A stretch of 51,211 nucleotides of DNA, filler included, from an uncultured virus (IMG/VR IMGVR_UViG_2061766007_002667) (lineage: Duplodnaviria; Heunggongvirae; Uroviricota; Caudoviricetes). It is 4 parts of one record of this genome, joined end to end, with 100 filler letters (N's around TTAATTAATTAA, not from the genome) between each part and the next. Parts side by side here need not be neighbours in the genome. Positions count along the whole stretch, not along the records: positions 1 to 9,933 come from IMGVR_UViG_2061766007_002667; positions 10,034 to 12,435 come from IMGVR_UViG_2061766007_002667; 2 more parts are not named here. The stretch is one strand, 5' to 3'. Below the pieces are notes generated by a model. It did not search any database. It was not told the DNA's origin and worked only from the letters and a program-made list of their open reading frames with translations. Shown here piece by piece: positions 1 through 10,202 of this stretch. Position 1 is the stretch's first letter. Each line of letters begins with the position of its first letter. The position numbers were made by a program, and so were the translations under genes.

Positions 1-273
1 TTTAGCAAAACAATTATATTTATTTCTTCCCCAATCTTCTTCTTTTATATTTTGTGCTATACCTTTAGAATTTTTAGCTATTTTAAGTACTTTTTTATTA
101 TCTATTTGAAATGTTATGCGTGATGAACCATTTCCAAGAAGTTTTAATCTTTCTTTACAATATTGTATACGATCTTTAAAAGTAGGGATAGTAGAAAAAT
201 AATGTAAATCAAAGTTGGATGGATATGTCATTTCTTTTATAATTGATTCTACTATTTTACGAAATTCTGACAT
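1..273 (-). CDS. Protein-kinase-like protein, N-terminal part (runs off window start), with putative capsid-targeting leader
   Basis: Absent from the ORF track; translated by hand as MSEFRKIVESIIKEMTYPSNF...LKLLGNGSSRITFQIDNKKVLKIAKNSKGIAQNIKEE. Gly-rich loop (LGxGSSR), VLK lysine and downstream Glu. AGGAG RBS at 281-285 (minus strand). Confidence 0.65.
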   Translation of the reverse strand, partial: MSEFRKIVESIIKEMTYPSNFDLHYFSTIPTFKDRIQYCKERLKLLGNGSSRITFQIDNKKVLKIAKNSKGIAQNIKEEDWGRNKYNCFAK

Positions 274-298
274 TATACTACTCCTATTAAGATATGCA

Positions 299-311
299 TA
301 TTAGAACTTTT
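299..311 (-). promoter_or_regulatory. Candidate phage late-promoter motif AAAAGTTCTAATA (copy 1)
   Basis: Identical 13-mer also at 10155-10167 (+) and 32710-32722 (-), each 25-50 nt upstream of a start codon on the same strand. Confidence 0.55.
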
Positions 312-314
312 GGT

Positions 315-343
315 TTTACTTTAAATTATTTATAGCGTATGAT
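315..343 (+). promoter_or_regulatory. Sigma70-like early promoter TTTACT-N17-TATGAT
   Basis: -35-like TTTACT, 17-nt spacer, -10-like TATGAT, upstream of ATG 379. (G)TTTTACT recurs in other intergenic regions. Confidence 0.5.
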
Positions 344-1010
344 TTATTTATATTAATGTAAATAAGGGAATTTGTTATATGCTTAAAAGAAGATATGGTA
401 TTATAGATAAGAAAGGTACATTTAAAGTTAAGACCNNNNNNNNNNNNNNNNNNNNNNNNNNNNNNNNNNNNNNNNNNNNNNNNNNNNNNNNNNNNNNNNN
501 NNNNNNNNNNNNNNNNNNNNNNNNNNNNNNNNNNNNNNNNNNNNNNNNNNNNNNNNNNNNNNNNNNNNNNNNNNNNNNNNNNNNNNNNNNNNNNNNNNNN
601 NNNNNNNNNNNNNNNNNNNNNNNNNNNNNNNNNNNNNNNNNNNNNNNNNNNNNNNNNNNNNNNNNNNNNNNNNNNNNNNNNNNNNNNNNNNNNNNNNNNN
701 NNNNNNNNNNNNNNNNNNNNNNNNNNNNNNNNNNNNNNNNNNNNNNNNNNNNNNNNNNNNNNNNNNNNNNNNNNNNNNNNNNNNNNNNNNNNNNNNNNNN
801 NNNNNNNNNNNNNNNNNNNNNNNNNNNNNNNNNNNNNNNNNNNNNNNNNNNNNNNNNNNNNNNNNNNNNNNNNNNNNNNNNNNNNNNNNNNNNNNNNNNN
901 NNNNNNNNNNNNNAATAAACAATGAAAGATGAATTTTGGTTTGTAATTGGTTTTGTAATGGGTGTTATTTTTACTCTTGTTATGAAGTGTTTATTGTAGG
1001 TGAATTAAAT

Positions 1011-1727
1011 ATGAAAAGTTATAAATATAAACCAGGTGGCATTGTAAATGATTGGAAAATATTATATAAATATGATAATAAGNNNNNNNNNNNNNNNNNN
1101 NNNNNNNNATATCATGTACAATGTATTAAATGTGGTGAAGAAAGAGATTTGTATGGAATAAGCGAAATTTTAAGTCATAAATGTGAATGTAAAAAAGCTT
1201 CAAAGGCTTTAAAAACATTAAAAGCAAAGTATGTTGGTAATATATATGATGATAAAAAAATTTTAAATTTNNNNNNNNNNNNNNNNNNNNNNNNNNNNNN
1301 NNNNNNNNNNNNNNNNNNNNNNNNNNNNNNNNNNNNNNNNNNNNNNNNNNNNNNNNNNNNNNNNNNNNNNNNNNNNNNNNNNNNNNNNNNNNNNNNNNNN
1401 NNNNNNNNNNNNNNNNNNNNNNNNNNNNNNNNNNNNNNNNNNNNNNNNNNNNNNNNNNNNNNNNNNNNNNNNNNNNNNNNNNNNNNNNNNNNNNNNNNNN
1501 NNNNNNNNNNNNNNNNNNNNNNNNNNNNNNNNNNNNNNNNNNNNNNNNNNNNNNNNNNNNNNNNNNNNNNNNNNNNNNNNNNNNNNNNNNNNNNNNNNNN
1601 NNNNNNNNNNNNNNTTACAAAAAGCGGTGTAATAAAATATATAAAAGAAAAAGATTTTGAGGGATTAGAATTGTATTGTTTATTTACATTACATAAGTAT
1701 AATATGAAAGAAAGAAGAAAAGGATGA
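1011..1727 (+). CDS. Zn-ribbon protein of the type associated with phage homing endonucleases (largely in gap; may be two genes)
   Basis: YHVQCIKCG...HKCECKK motif resembles the C-terminal YTCKCIYCG segment of the neighbouring HNH protein. Confidence 0.4.
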   Translation: MKSYKYKPGGIVNDWKILYKYDNKXXXXXXXXXYHVQCIKCGEERDLYGISEILSHKCECKKASKALKTLKAKYVGNIYDDKKILNXXXXXXXXXXXXXXXXXXXXXXXXXXXXXXXXXXXXXXXXXXXXXXXXXXXXXXXXXXXXXXXXXXXXXXXXXXXXXXXXXXXXXXXXXXXXXXXXXXXXXXXXXXXXXXXXXXXXTKSGVIKYIKEKDFEGLELYCLFTLHKYNMKERRKG

Positions 1728-1817
1728 TGAATAATAAATTTTGGTTTATAATTTAAACTTATAACCAAAANNNNNNNNNNNNNNNNNNNNNNNNNNNTTG
1801 TTGATAGGAATATAAGT

Positions 1818-2732
1818 ATGAGTATATTTGAAGATATAAAAGATTTAGATGGTGAAATATGGAAAGATTTGTCAGAATATGAAGGTTTATATCAGGTAAG
1901 TAGTAAAGGAAGGATTAAACGAGATAATCATCTAATTAAACCTGTAATTCAAAAAACAGGATATTTGTGTATTTCTTTATGTAAGAATGGTGTAAGTAAA
2001 ACATATAGAGTTCATAAACTTATTGCTAAAGTATTTATACCAAATCCAAATAACTATCAATCAATTAATCATAAAAATGGTAATAAACAAGATAATCGTA
2101 TTGAAAATCTTGAATGGTGTACACAAGCTTATAATAATTGGCATGCTAGATTTATTTTAAACAAAAAACAAAATAAATTATCTATGGAAGATGCAGATAT
2201 AATAAGAAAAGATGTTTTAAATGGAAAATATAAAAATACAAAAGAAATAAGTGAAAAATATAAATGTAATAGAGTTATAATTGAAAATATATTAGCCAAT
2301 CGTTATTATAAAACCAATAGTAGTTATCCTATTGAAGTATTACATAAAAAAAATATTTTATGCAAAGAAATAATTAATAATATACGAGCAGATTATATCA
2401 ATACTGAAATGTCAGCTGCAAAAATTGCTAAAAAATATAATATAACACGTGGATTAGCTCAAAATATAATTATGAATAAAAGTTATACAGATGCTAATTA
2501 TCAATATAAACCACATATAACTTATGAAGTAGGTAAAATTTACGGTGTTTTAGAAATATTAAAAAAAGAACGTAGAAAAAAACATACGACATATACTTGT
2601 AAATGTATATATTGTGGGAATGTACACAAATACTCTGATAAAATAAAATTAAAAGATCGAGCTTGTATAAACTGCAATAAANNNNNNNNNNTAAACGGTT
2701 TTACTTTATTCATATTATATTGCAATTTATAA
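1818..2732 (+). CDS. NUMOD4-HNH homing endonuclease
   Basis: EIWKD..YEGLYQVSSKGRIK (NUMOD4); RVHKLIAKVF..INHKNGNKQDNRIENLEWCT..YNNWHA (HNH); HTH-like repeats and CxC/CxxC at C-terminus. 3' end uncertain (gap at 2682-2691). Confidence 0.9.
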   Translation: MSIFEDIKDLDGEIWKDLSEYEGLYQVSSKGRIKRDNHLIKPVIQKTGYLCISLCKNGVSKTYRVHKLIAKVFIPNPNNYQSINHKNGNKQDNRIENLEWCTQAYNNWHARFILNKKQNKLSMEDADIIRKDVLNGKYKNTKEISEKYKCNRVIIENILANRYYKTNSSYPIEVLHKKNILCKEIINNIRADYINTEMSAAKIAKKYNITRGLAQNIIMNKSYTDANYQYKPHITYEVGKIYGVLEILKKERRKKHTTYTCKCIYCGNVHKYSDKIKLKDRACINCNKXXXXNGFTLFILYCNL

Positions 2733-3165
2733 ATATGATATAAAGTAAAGGATATAGTATGACTAATTGGAATAATGATTATAAATATAAATTTACCTAT
2801 GATGATACTAAAATATATGAAACATATTTANNNNNNNNNNNNNNNNNNNNNNNNNNNNNNNNNNNNNNNNNNNNNNNNNNNNNNNNNNNNNNNNNNNNNN
2901 NNNNNNNNNNNNNNNNNNNNNNNNNNNNNTATTTGTAAGTTTTATGATGAATACGAAGATGAGTTTGGTAATAATCAAATAAGAATCATTACAAATCCAC
3001 AAGATATTTTATTTTGGTTAAATGAATATAAAATTGATACATCTGGTTTTGAAATTAAACAGTTACATGGTGAAGAGTTTTTATTTTTAAAATTAGAATA
3101 CATTAATAAAANNNNNNNNNNNNNNNNNNAATGCTCTTAAGCATTTTAAATTAGTTTCTAAACTT

Positions 3166-3414
3166 ATGACTTATATACTTAGAGATTATAAAAAACGTCT
3201 TTCTGTATTTCAAACTTATGGTAATTTAGATAATTTACATTTAATATATGATTCTACTGATAGTATTAAGTTGATAAAAAATAAATTTAAGTATCTTGAT
3301 ATTGAATTTTGTAATAAAGCATATGAAGAAAGAACAAACAATTCAAATATTTATATTTTTAAAGTAAATAACTTAGATAATACAAATATTATGTTACGTA
3401 TAAGCGGAAAATAA
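3166..3414 (+). CDS. Hypothetical protein
   Basis: Intact 82-aa ORF in a co-directional cluster. Confidence 0.55.
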   Translation: MTYILRDYKKRLSVFQTYGNLDNLHLIYDSTDSIKLIKNKFKYLDIEFCNKAYEERTNNSNIYIFKVNNLDNTNIMLRISGK

Positions 3415-3418
3415 TAAT

Positions 3419-3760
3419 ATGTTTTCAAAAAATATATCAGAAAAAGCACAGTTTAGACATGAACAAGCAAATCATTTTTGTTATGAAATTTTACAACAGT
3501 TACATGTAGCTGAATATTTAGCTGATGTACATTATATAGATTATAATCAACTTAAGCCCGGTATTATTTTAAGATTTATATATGAACAAGATGTAACTTA
3601 TGACTATAATAAATTACAAGAAATATATCAAAAAGTTGGTATTATATCATATTNNNNNNNNNNNNNNNNNNNNNNNNNNATACATATAAATCTTAAAAAA
3701 GAATATATTGATAAATTAGATGAATTAATGCTTATTTTTAAAATACAAAGAGTTTATTAA
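3419..3760 (+). CDS. Hypothetical protein
   Basis: 113-aa ORF, tightly coupled to the previous gene. Confidence 0.6.
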   Translation: MFSKNISEKAQFRHEQANHFCYEILQQLHVAEYLADVHYIDYNQLKPGIILRFIYEQDVTYDYNKLQEIYQKVGIISYXXXXXXXXXIHINLKKEYIDKLDELMLIFKIQRVY

Positions 3761-4169
3761 TTTAGCTTTTATATTTATTTATTTTTNNNNNNNNNNNNNN
3801 NNNNNNNNNNNNNNNNNNNNNNNNNNNNNNNNNNNNNNNNNNNNNNNNNNNNNNNNNNNNNNNNNNNNNNNNNNNNNNNNNNNNNNNNNNNNNNNNNNNN
3901 NNNNNNNNNNNNNNNNNNNNNNNNNNNNNNNNNNNNNNNNNNNNNNNNNNNNATTTTGTTTTAATATATGAAGATGGATCTAAAACTGAGCCAGAAGGTT
4001 TATATGATTTTCCTCATAATAAAGATTACTTTGAAAGAAATAATTTGTTTGTAAATGTAAAAGACTTTATAGAAAGTATTGTTGCTTGGAATAAACATAA
4101 TGGCTGTATTGGNNNNNNNNNNNNNNNNNNNNNNNNNNNNNNNNNNNAAATAAAAAGGATTAATAAAAG

Positions 4170-4520
4170 ATGGTAAGTAAATATATAAAAGCTTTTAAAG
4201 AAGCTGTAAAAAAATTACAAGAGCATGAATTTGATCCAACTATTATGAGCATAGTGGATTATGATGTAGACGATCTTGAAATTGAAGAAGATAAAGAATT
4301 AAGGAATGAAATTATAACTTTAATAGAAAAACTCAATGAAATTGCAAAAGAATTTAGAGAATTAAGTAAAAAATATCAAAACAATAAAATTAAACAGCTT
4401 TATCATTACTTAAGTCGTGCAATAAAACAAATTCTTGATAGAGTTACAATAACAATTGATGTAGATGAGTACACAAAACGATATCAAGATAATTTATATG
4501 ATACCGAAGAAAAGGAATAA
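4170..4520 (+). CDS. Hypothetical acidic coiled-coil protein
   Basis: Intact ORF with AAGGA RBS; N-terminus MVSKYIKAFKEAVKKLQE. Confidence 0.7.
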   Translation: MVSKYIKAFKEAVKKLQEHEFDPTIMSIVDYDVDDLEIEEDKELRNEIITLIEKLNEIAKEFRELSKKYQNNKIKQLYHYLSRAIKQILDRVTITIDVDEYTKRYQDNLYDTEEKE

Positions 4521-4528
4521 TTTATAAT

Positions 4529-5203
4529 TTAGCCTTTATATCCATTTGCAAACATAGCTTTTCTTTGATTATCAGCTTGTTTTTTAGTTTTGAAGGTACC
4601 ATGAGTGCCTTCTTTTCCTTTATTAACCCACGAATTACCTTGCTTAACTGTATCTTCTTCAATAGGTTCATTAATAATGTCTATTGTTTTACTTGGATTA
4701 AATACACATATGCTCGGTACATCCCACAAATTCATTCCAATTCTTAAAGCTCGAGTATATTTAGGATCTTGTAATTCTGTATCATCTATTTTTATACTAA
4801 AATGTAATTCATTATTACCATTTTTAGTTAACTCAACTGCATCATAATCTTTAGCTAACTTTAAATAATCTATAAATATATTACCATCAGAGTCTTCAAA
4901 TTGATAATTTTTTAACAAATATATAAAATCATCTGTGTTATTTACTATATATAATTTAGAATTTGGTTTTAATGTCCATTCAAAATAACTTGGATTATAG
5001 CCAAAATCATTTTCTTCACACCATTCTTTCCAGCTATCATCACGACATCCCCATAATCCTCTTAATGGTTTATTCATAAAACTATTATCTATATTATTTA
5101 GATATGGCTTATCTGCATAAGTACGATATATAACTTGTTCTTCATCCAAAACAATATTATTTTCTTTTAATATATCTTCTACTATTTTTCTAAATTGTGA
5201 CAT
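4529..5203 (-). CDS. Putative internal head protein: leader + globular domain + short basic C-terminal module
   Basis: Intact ORF. Leader MSQFRKIVEDILKE nearly matches the ORF at 1-273; tail EEDTVKQGNSWVNKGKEGTHGTFKTKKQADNQRKAMFANGYKG. Confidence 0.65.
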   Translation of the reverse strand: MSQFRKIVEDILKENNIVLDEEQVIYRTYADKPYLNNIDNSFMNKPLRGLWGCRDDSWKEWCEENDFGYNPSYFEWTLKPNSKLYIVNNTDDFIYLLKNYQFEDSDGNIFIDYLKLAKDYDAVELTKNGNNELHFSIKIDDTELQDPKYTRALRIGMNLWDVPSICVFNPSKTIDIINEPIEEDTVKQGNSWVNKGKEGTHGTFKTKKQADNQRKAMFANGYKG

Positions 5204-5218
5204 TAGTATATTACTTTA

Positions 5219-5890
5219 TTATTCCGCCTTTACTAATTCCCAACCATTATTATCATAAGAAGTAAACATATAATGTCTTTCTAATTCATCATTTTTAACA
5301 TGATAATAAAGCGTTGGATTTTTAAGATCACCATCTGCTTTAATAGAGTATAATGTAAATTGTTTATTATTATAAAATCCATCTTTTACAAATTTATCAC
5401 CTATTTTATAAGGAGCATTTTGTTCAGCTTGCTTATATATTTTTTGTTTTTCTTCATACCATTCTATATCTTTTTGAGTAGCTGGTCTAAATCCGAATGC
5501 TCTCATATAAGAATCAAAAAAACTATCGGTTCTTAAACTTTCTAATGATTCTACATTATAAAAATATGTTACTGAACTTTGACCTCTAGATTTATATTCG
5601 TGTCTATCTATTTTATTTATAACATAAAGTTCACCGTCTTTAACAAATTTATCACCAACTTTATATTTAGGGCCTTTATCTTCTTCTGTTTCTATACTTC
5701 CAAGTTCATCTAATAATTCATCATATCCTTTTCCAGTCAATTCTTTTAATTTATCATCAATTTCATGTAAATGATTTTTAGCATCAGTTGTTCTTTCTTT
5801 CCATAAACTATAATTATCTATATTATTAGCAGCAGTATAACTATTTTTTGCTCTTTCATAATCATACATTAAATCATCAATTTCATCCAT
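5219..5890 (-). CDS. Hypothetical protein with two internal repeats (true start probably in the upstream gap)
   Basis: Repeats PKYKVGDKFVKDG and APYKIGDKFVKDG. Confidence 0.65.
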   Translation of the reverse strand: MDEIDDLMYDYERAKNSYTAANNIDNYSLWKERTTDAKNHLHEIDDKLKELTGKGYDELLDELGSIETEEDKGPKYKVGDKFVKDGELYVINKIDRHEYKSRGQSSVTYFYNVESLESLRTDSFFDSYMRAFGFRPATQKDIEWYEEKQKIYKQAEQNAPYKIGDKFVKDGFYNNKQFTLYSIKADGDLKNPTLYYHVKNDELERHYMFTSYDNNGWELVKAE

Positions 5891-6869
5891 ATTTTCATAA
5901 NNNNNNNNNNNNNNNNNNNNNNNNNNNNNNNNNNNNNNNNNNNNNNNNNNNNNNNNNNNNNNNNNNNNNNNNNNNNNNNNNNNNNNNNNNNNNNNNNNNN
6001 NNNNNNNNNNNNNNNNNNNNNNNNNNNNNNNNNNNNNNNNNNNNNNNNNNNNNNNNNNNNNNNNNNNNNNNNNNNNNNNNNNNNNNNNNNNNNNNNNNNN
6101 NNNNNNNNNNNNNNNNNNNNNNNNNNNNNNNNNNNNNNNNNNNNNNNNNNNNNNNNNNNNNNNNNNNNNNNNNNNNNNNNNNNNNNNNNNNNNNNNNNNN
6201 NNNNNNNNNNNNNNNNNNNNNNNNNNNNNNNNNNNNNNNNNNNNNNNNNNNNNNNNNNNNNNNNNNNNNNNNNNNNNNNNNNNNNNNNNNNNNNNNNNNN
6301 NNNNNNNNNNNNNNNNNNNNNNNNNNNNNNNNNNNNNNNNNNNNNNNNNNNNNNNNNNNNNNNNNNNNNNNNNNNNNNNNNNNNNNNNNNNNNNNNNNNN
6401 NNNNNNNNNNNNNNNNNNNNNNNNNNNNNNNNNNNNNNNNNNNNNNNNNNNNNNNNNNNNNNNNNNNNNNNNNNNNNNNNNNNNNNNNNNNNNNNNNNNN
6501 NNNNNNNNNNNNNNNNNNNNNNNNNNNNNNNNNNNNNNNNNNNNNNNNNNNNNNNNNNNNNNNNNNNNNNNNNNNNNNNNNNNNNNNNNNNNNNNNNNNN
6601 NNNNNNNNNNNNNNNNNNNNNNNNNNNNNNNNNNNNNNNNNNNNNNNNNNNNNNNNNNNNNNNNNNNNNNNNNNNNNNNNNNNNNNNNNNNNNNNNNNNN
6701 NNNNNNNNNNNNNNNNNNNNNNNNNNNNNNNNNNNNNNNNNNNNNNNNNNNNNNNNNNNNNNNNNNNNNNNNNNNNNNNNNNNNNNNNNNNNNNNNNNNN
6801 NNNNNNNNNNNNNNNNNNNNNNNNNNNNNNNNNNNNGTTTTAATATAGTTAATAAAAGAGGTAAAAATT

Positions 6870-7400
6870 ATGTTAACAAAAGAACAATATATAAAAGAGT
6901 ATGGATGTGCAGAAATAGAAAAAACTTCTTATTTTGTTGCATTTATTGCTGATTATTTAAATGAAAATTTAAAGCAATTAGGTGATATAGAAGAAAGAAA
7001 AAACTGGATTGGTTTAGANNNNNNNNNNNNNNNNNNNNNNNNNNNNNNNNNNNNNNNNNNTAGTAAACATGTATATTGTACAATCGATATGTTTAGTAAT
7101 ATGGAAGGTTATGTTTCTGATCAAATTCCATTGATTCGTGAAAAACTATACATGTTACAACAAGTTTTAGCCAAATTAAGGTTAGACAAATGTATTAAAT
7201 TAAAAATTGATTTTGAAGATTGGTCAAAAAAACCAACAAAAAATGAAGAATATGATCCTATAAATTATCCTTATANNNNNNNNNNNNNNNNNNNNGTTAA
7301 CATGGATATAAATTTAAACATTATTCCAAAAGATTTATTAGGATATTTAGTTATGAATAATGTAGATTTACCAGAAAAAGATTTTGAATTATATGAATAA
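6870..7400 (+). CDS. Hypothetical protein
   Basis: GAGG RBS; frame kept across two small gaps. Confidence 0.65.
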   Translation: MLTKEQYIKEYGCAEIEKTSYFVAFIADYLNENLKQLGDIEERKNWIGLXXXXXXXXXXXXXXXSKHVYCTIDMFSNMEGYVSDQIPLIREKLYMLQQVLAKLRLDKCIKLKIDFEDWSKKPTKNEEYDPINYPYXXXXXXXVNMDINLNIIPKDLLGYLVMNNVDLPEKDFELYE

Positions 7401-7484
7401 TAAAAACGCGCTTGATGATTTTAAAATACTAAAAAAAAGATTTTGAGGCTTTTTGTGGATTATGTAAAATAATAGGAAATTAAG

Positions 7485-8108
7485 ATGACTTTATTTATTG
7501 ATAATACAAATAAACTAAAAGATATAATGGAATTTAAAAGTGGGACTTATTATAAGTTTGTTTGTTTAATAAGAAAAAAGGATTACAAAAATAAACAAGA
7601 TATGCAAATTCTTAATTGTATGGAAAAACAAGAAATTCTCGTTAAAGATTGGCTAATTGATAGTAAAGAGAAATTAGAAGAAACGCTTCCTGATATGCTA
7701 AAATATACTGAATTATTTAAGTGCAGATTATATATGTGTACTGATAGAAAATCTATTCTTAAAACTCTTAAAACAATGAGAAATACTATTCAAGATTATT
7801 TAGATCCATTTTTAGGTAATCCTGATGCTGATTGTTCTGTTAGAGCAATTAAGAAAATAGCTTCTTCTGCAAGTAATATGGATGAATCTTCTGATAAAGG
7901 TGGAAGAAAATGGTTATATGATATTGATATTAAAGATCCAGTTATTGTTGATTATGTTTTTAAGCATTGTGAAAGTAGATATATATGTTTTGAAACAAAA
8001 AACGGATATCATGTTGTAGCAAATAGAACGTATGATGCACATAAAGAATATTTACCGAAAGAAGTAGAATTAAAAGAAAATGCCATGGTATTAATCGCTA
8101 TGGCATAA
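7485..8108 (+). CDS. Phage protein with AEP/PrimPol-like motifs
   Basis: WLYDID (hhhDxD) followed by ETKNGYHVV (TxxGxH), the pattern of AEP motifs I and II. Confidence 0.45.
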   Translation: MTLFIDNTNKLKDIMEFKSGTYYKFVCLIRKKDYKNKQDMQILNCMEKQEILVKDWLIDSKEKLEETLPDMLKYTELFKCRLYMCTDRKSILKTLKTMRNTIQDYLDPFLGNPDADCSVRAIKKIASSASNMDESSDKGGRKWLYDIDIKDPVIVDYVFKHCESRYICFETKNGYHVVANRTYDAHKEYLPKEVELKENAMVLIAMA

Positions 8109-8126
8109 TGAAAATATTTTATTAAT

Positions 8127-9291
8127 TTATCTTGATCTTCTTAAGGCATCAATAATAAGTTTATCATCTAACTTATTATTACCTCTAAAATATAATTGTC
8201 TATCTTTTTGAATTTCTTCTTTATTTGTTACATATATTCTTGAAACATCTGTAACACCATATTTTTCATCTACATAAAATAAAGTTTGCGATGGATAAGC
8301 CGGTTCGAGTTTTAAATCTCTAGCATATTGAGAATATCCAACTGTTGTTCCATTAGCTATTGTATGTTCGAGTTGCATTGGAGTATGAAAGTGACCTATT
8401 AAAAGCCAATCAACAGGTTTTCCAATTTGAGCATAAGCTTGTCTTGTTTTATGTTGGCCTCTTGCAATAGTAGCAGAACAACCTATAAAACCTTGACCAC
8501 CGCGTGAACCAATTCTATCACCATGTGTTGCTAAAAAGTTATATCCACATAATTCAAAATATGCTTCACCAGATTTTGGAGTATAAAAACTTATATTTTT
8601 ATTATCTTCAAGTTGTTTTTTAGTCATAGCTGCAATTAAAGTATCATAATTATGTTCACCAAGTTCTTTTGATTGTGGTTTTTTAGTAGTTCTTCCATGA
8701 TTACCCATTACTGAAATAACCCATACTTTACCGTATTCTTTTTCAAATGTTTTAAGCATTTTAACTTTTTGAGCAGCAACATCCATACAAGCATCGATAG
8801 GTGTTTTATCATTTGTTTCTCTTAATTCATCATGTATGTCACCAGAAATATCATCACCGAGAAAACAAACAACAATACCTTTAGATTTCTTTTCTTTTGT
8901 ACGTGTTTTTCTTATTGTATTTTCTATTAATCTATTCCAACGAGCTTCTGCTACTTTTGGTGAATAGCAATTTCCATCTGGTACTTCTTTTGGATTTACA
9001 TTTTCACCATAGTGAAAATCAGAAACAAGCAAAACTGGAATATTATTAGAAAATTTACTATTATTATTTTCTATTTCTGGTAAAGCCCATTCAGGAACCT
9101 CAGCTTTAGTATTAACTAATCCTAAAGTTTCATCAAGACGTAAATTAAGCTCGGCAATTTCTTGTTGAGATTGATNNNNNNNNNNNNNNNNNNNNNNNNN
9201 NNNNNNNNNNNNNNNNNNNNNNNNNNNNNNNNNNNNNNNNNNNNTCAACAGCTTCATCTATTCTTTCTTCTAAACGCTTTGTATCACCCAT
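8127..9291 (-). CDS. Calcineurin-like metallophosphoesterase with N-terminal coiled coil
   Basis: SDFHYGE, LGDDISG, GNHG, THGD, GHFH motifs. Start reassigned to ATG 9291 (MGDTKRLEE, AGGA RBS) upstream of the gap. Confidence 0.85.
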
Positions 9292-9474
9292 ATTAAAATT
9301 CCTAATTTTCCAGAAATAAAAATATAAATATTAGTAGTATGATTAGAAAAAAATTATAATAAAAAANNNNNNNNNNNNNNNNNNNNNNNNNNNNNNNNNN
9401 NNNNNNNNNNNNNNNNNNNNNNNNNNNNNNNNNNNNNNNNNNNNNNNNNNNNNNNNNNNNNNNNNNNNNNATAT

Positions 9475-9825
9475 ATGTCTGATTTAATAAAAATTTGTAT
9501 ATTAGAAGGTAAAAAATCACCATGGATTTATACACTTTATAAACCATATAGAGATGTTTTTTCAGAATTGTTTAAACCAATGTCTAATATTTTTAATTTC
9601 AATGAAATACCTTTTTATTCAAATGATAAAGACAACACTTATTTGCAAGTTGTTGATTACAAAGAGTTAAAAGAAGAATTTCAAAATATATTTTGTAAAG
9701 ATAAAAAATTATTTCGTGATATAATAAAAACCAAAATTTCACTTTTAAAAGCTTCTAATAAAGCATATACTTCTTTTTATCTCGAAAGNNNNNNNNNNNN
9801 NNNNNNNNNNNNNNTAATAATTTAA
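9475..9825 (+). CDS. Hypothetical protein (ends uncertain)
   Basis: Open frame between gaps. Confidence 0.45.
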   Translation: MSDLIKICILEGKKSPWIYTLYKPYRDVFSELFKPMSNIFNFNEIPFYSNDKDNTYLQVVDYKELKEEFQNIFCKDKKLFRDIIKTKISLLKASNKAYTSFYLEXXXXXXXXXXII

Positions 9826-9933
9826 ATACTGTAGATAATCTATTAGATAATCCATGGCAATATGTAGCCTTATTTACAAAAGATAAATTCAAAAGATTTA
9901 TTGTATATTTAATGAAAAATTATAAGATAGATG

Positions 9934-10033
9934 NNNNNNNNNNNNNNNNNNNNNNNNNNNNNNNNNNNNNNNNNNNNTTAATTAATTAANNNNNNNNNNN
10001 NNNNNNNNNNNNNNNNNNNNNNNNNNNNNNNNN
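9934..10033. other. Artificial scaffold-joining linker
   Basis: 44 N + TTAATTAATTAA (stops in all six frames) + 44 N = 100 nt; same structure three times. Confidence 0.95.
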
Positions 10034-10154
10034 AACTTTATAAAAACGAAAAAGCAATTGAAAAAGCAATAACTGCTTTATTTGATGCTATGGTTTGTCC
10101 GTTTATTAAAAAGATATTAAAATTAGCATAGATTTTAAAGAACAAATAGATATA

Positions 10155-10167
10155 AAAAGTTCTAATA
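10155..10167 (+). promoter_or_regulatory. Candidate phage late-promoter motif AAAAGTTCTAATA (copy 2)
   Basis: 35 nt upstream of ATG 10203. Confidence 0.55.
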
Positions 10168-10202
10168 AATAATTGTAATAATTTATATCATTTATTAAAG
10201 CT

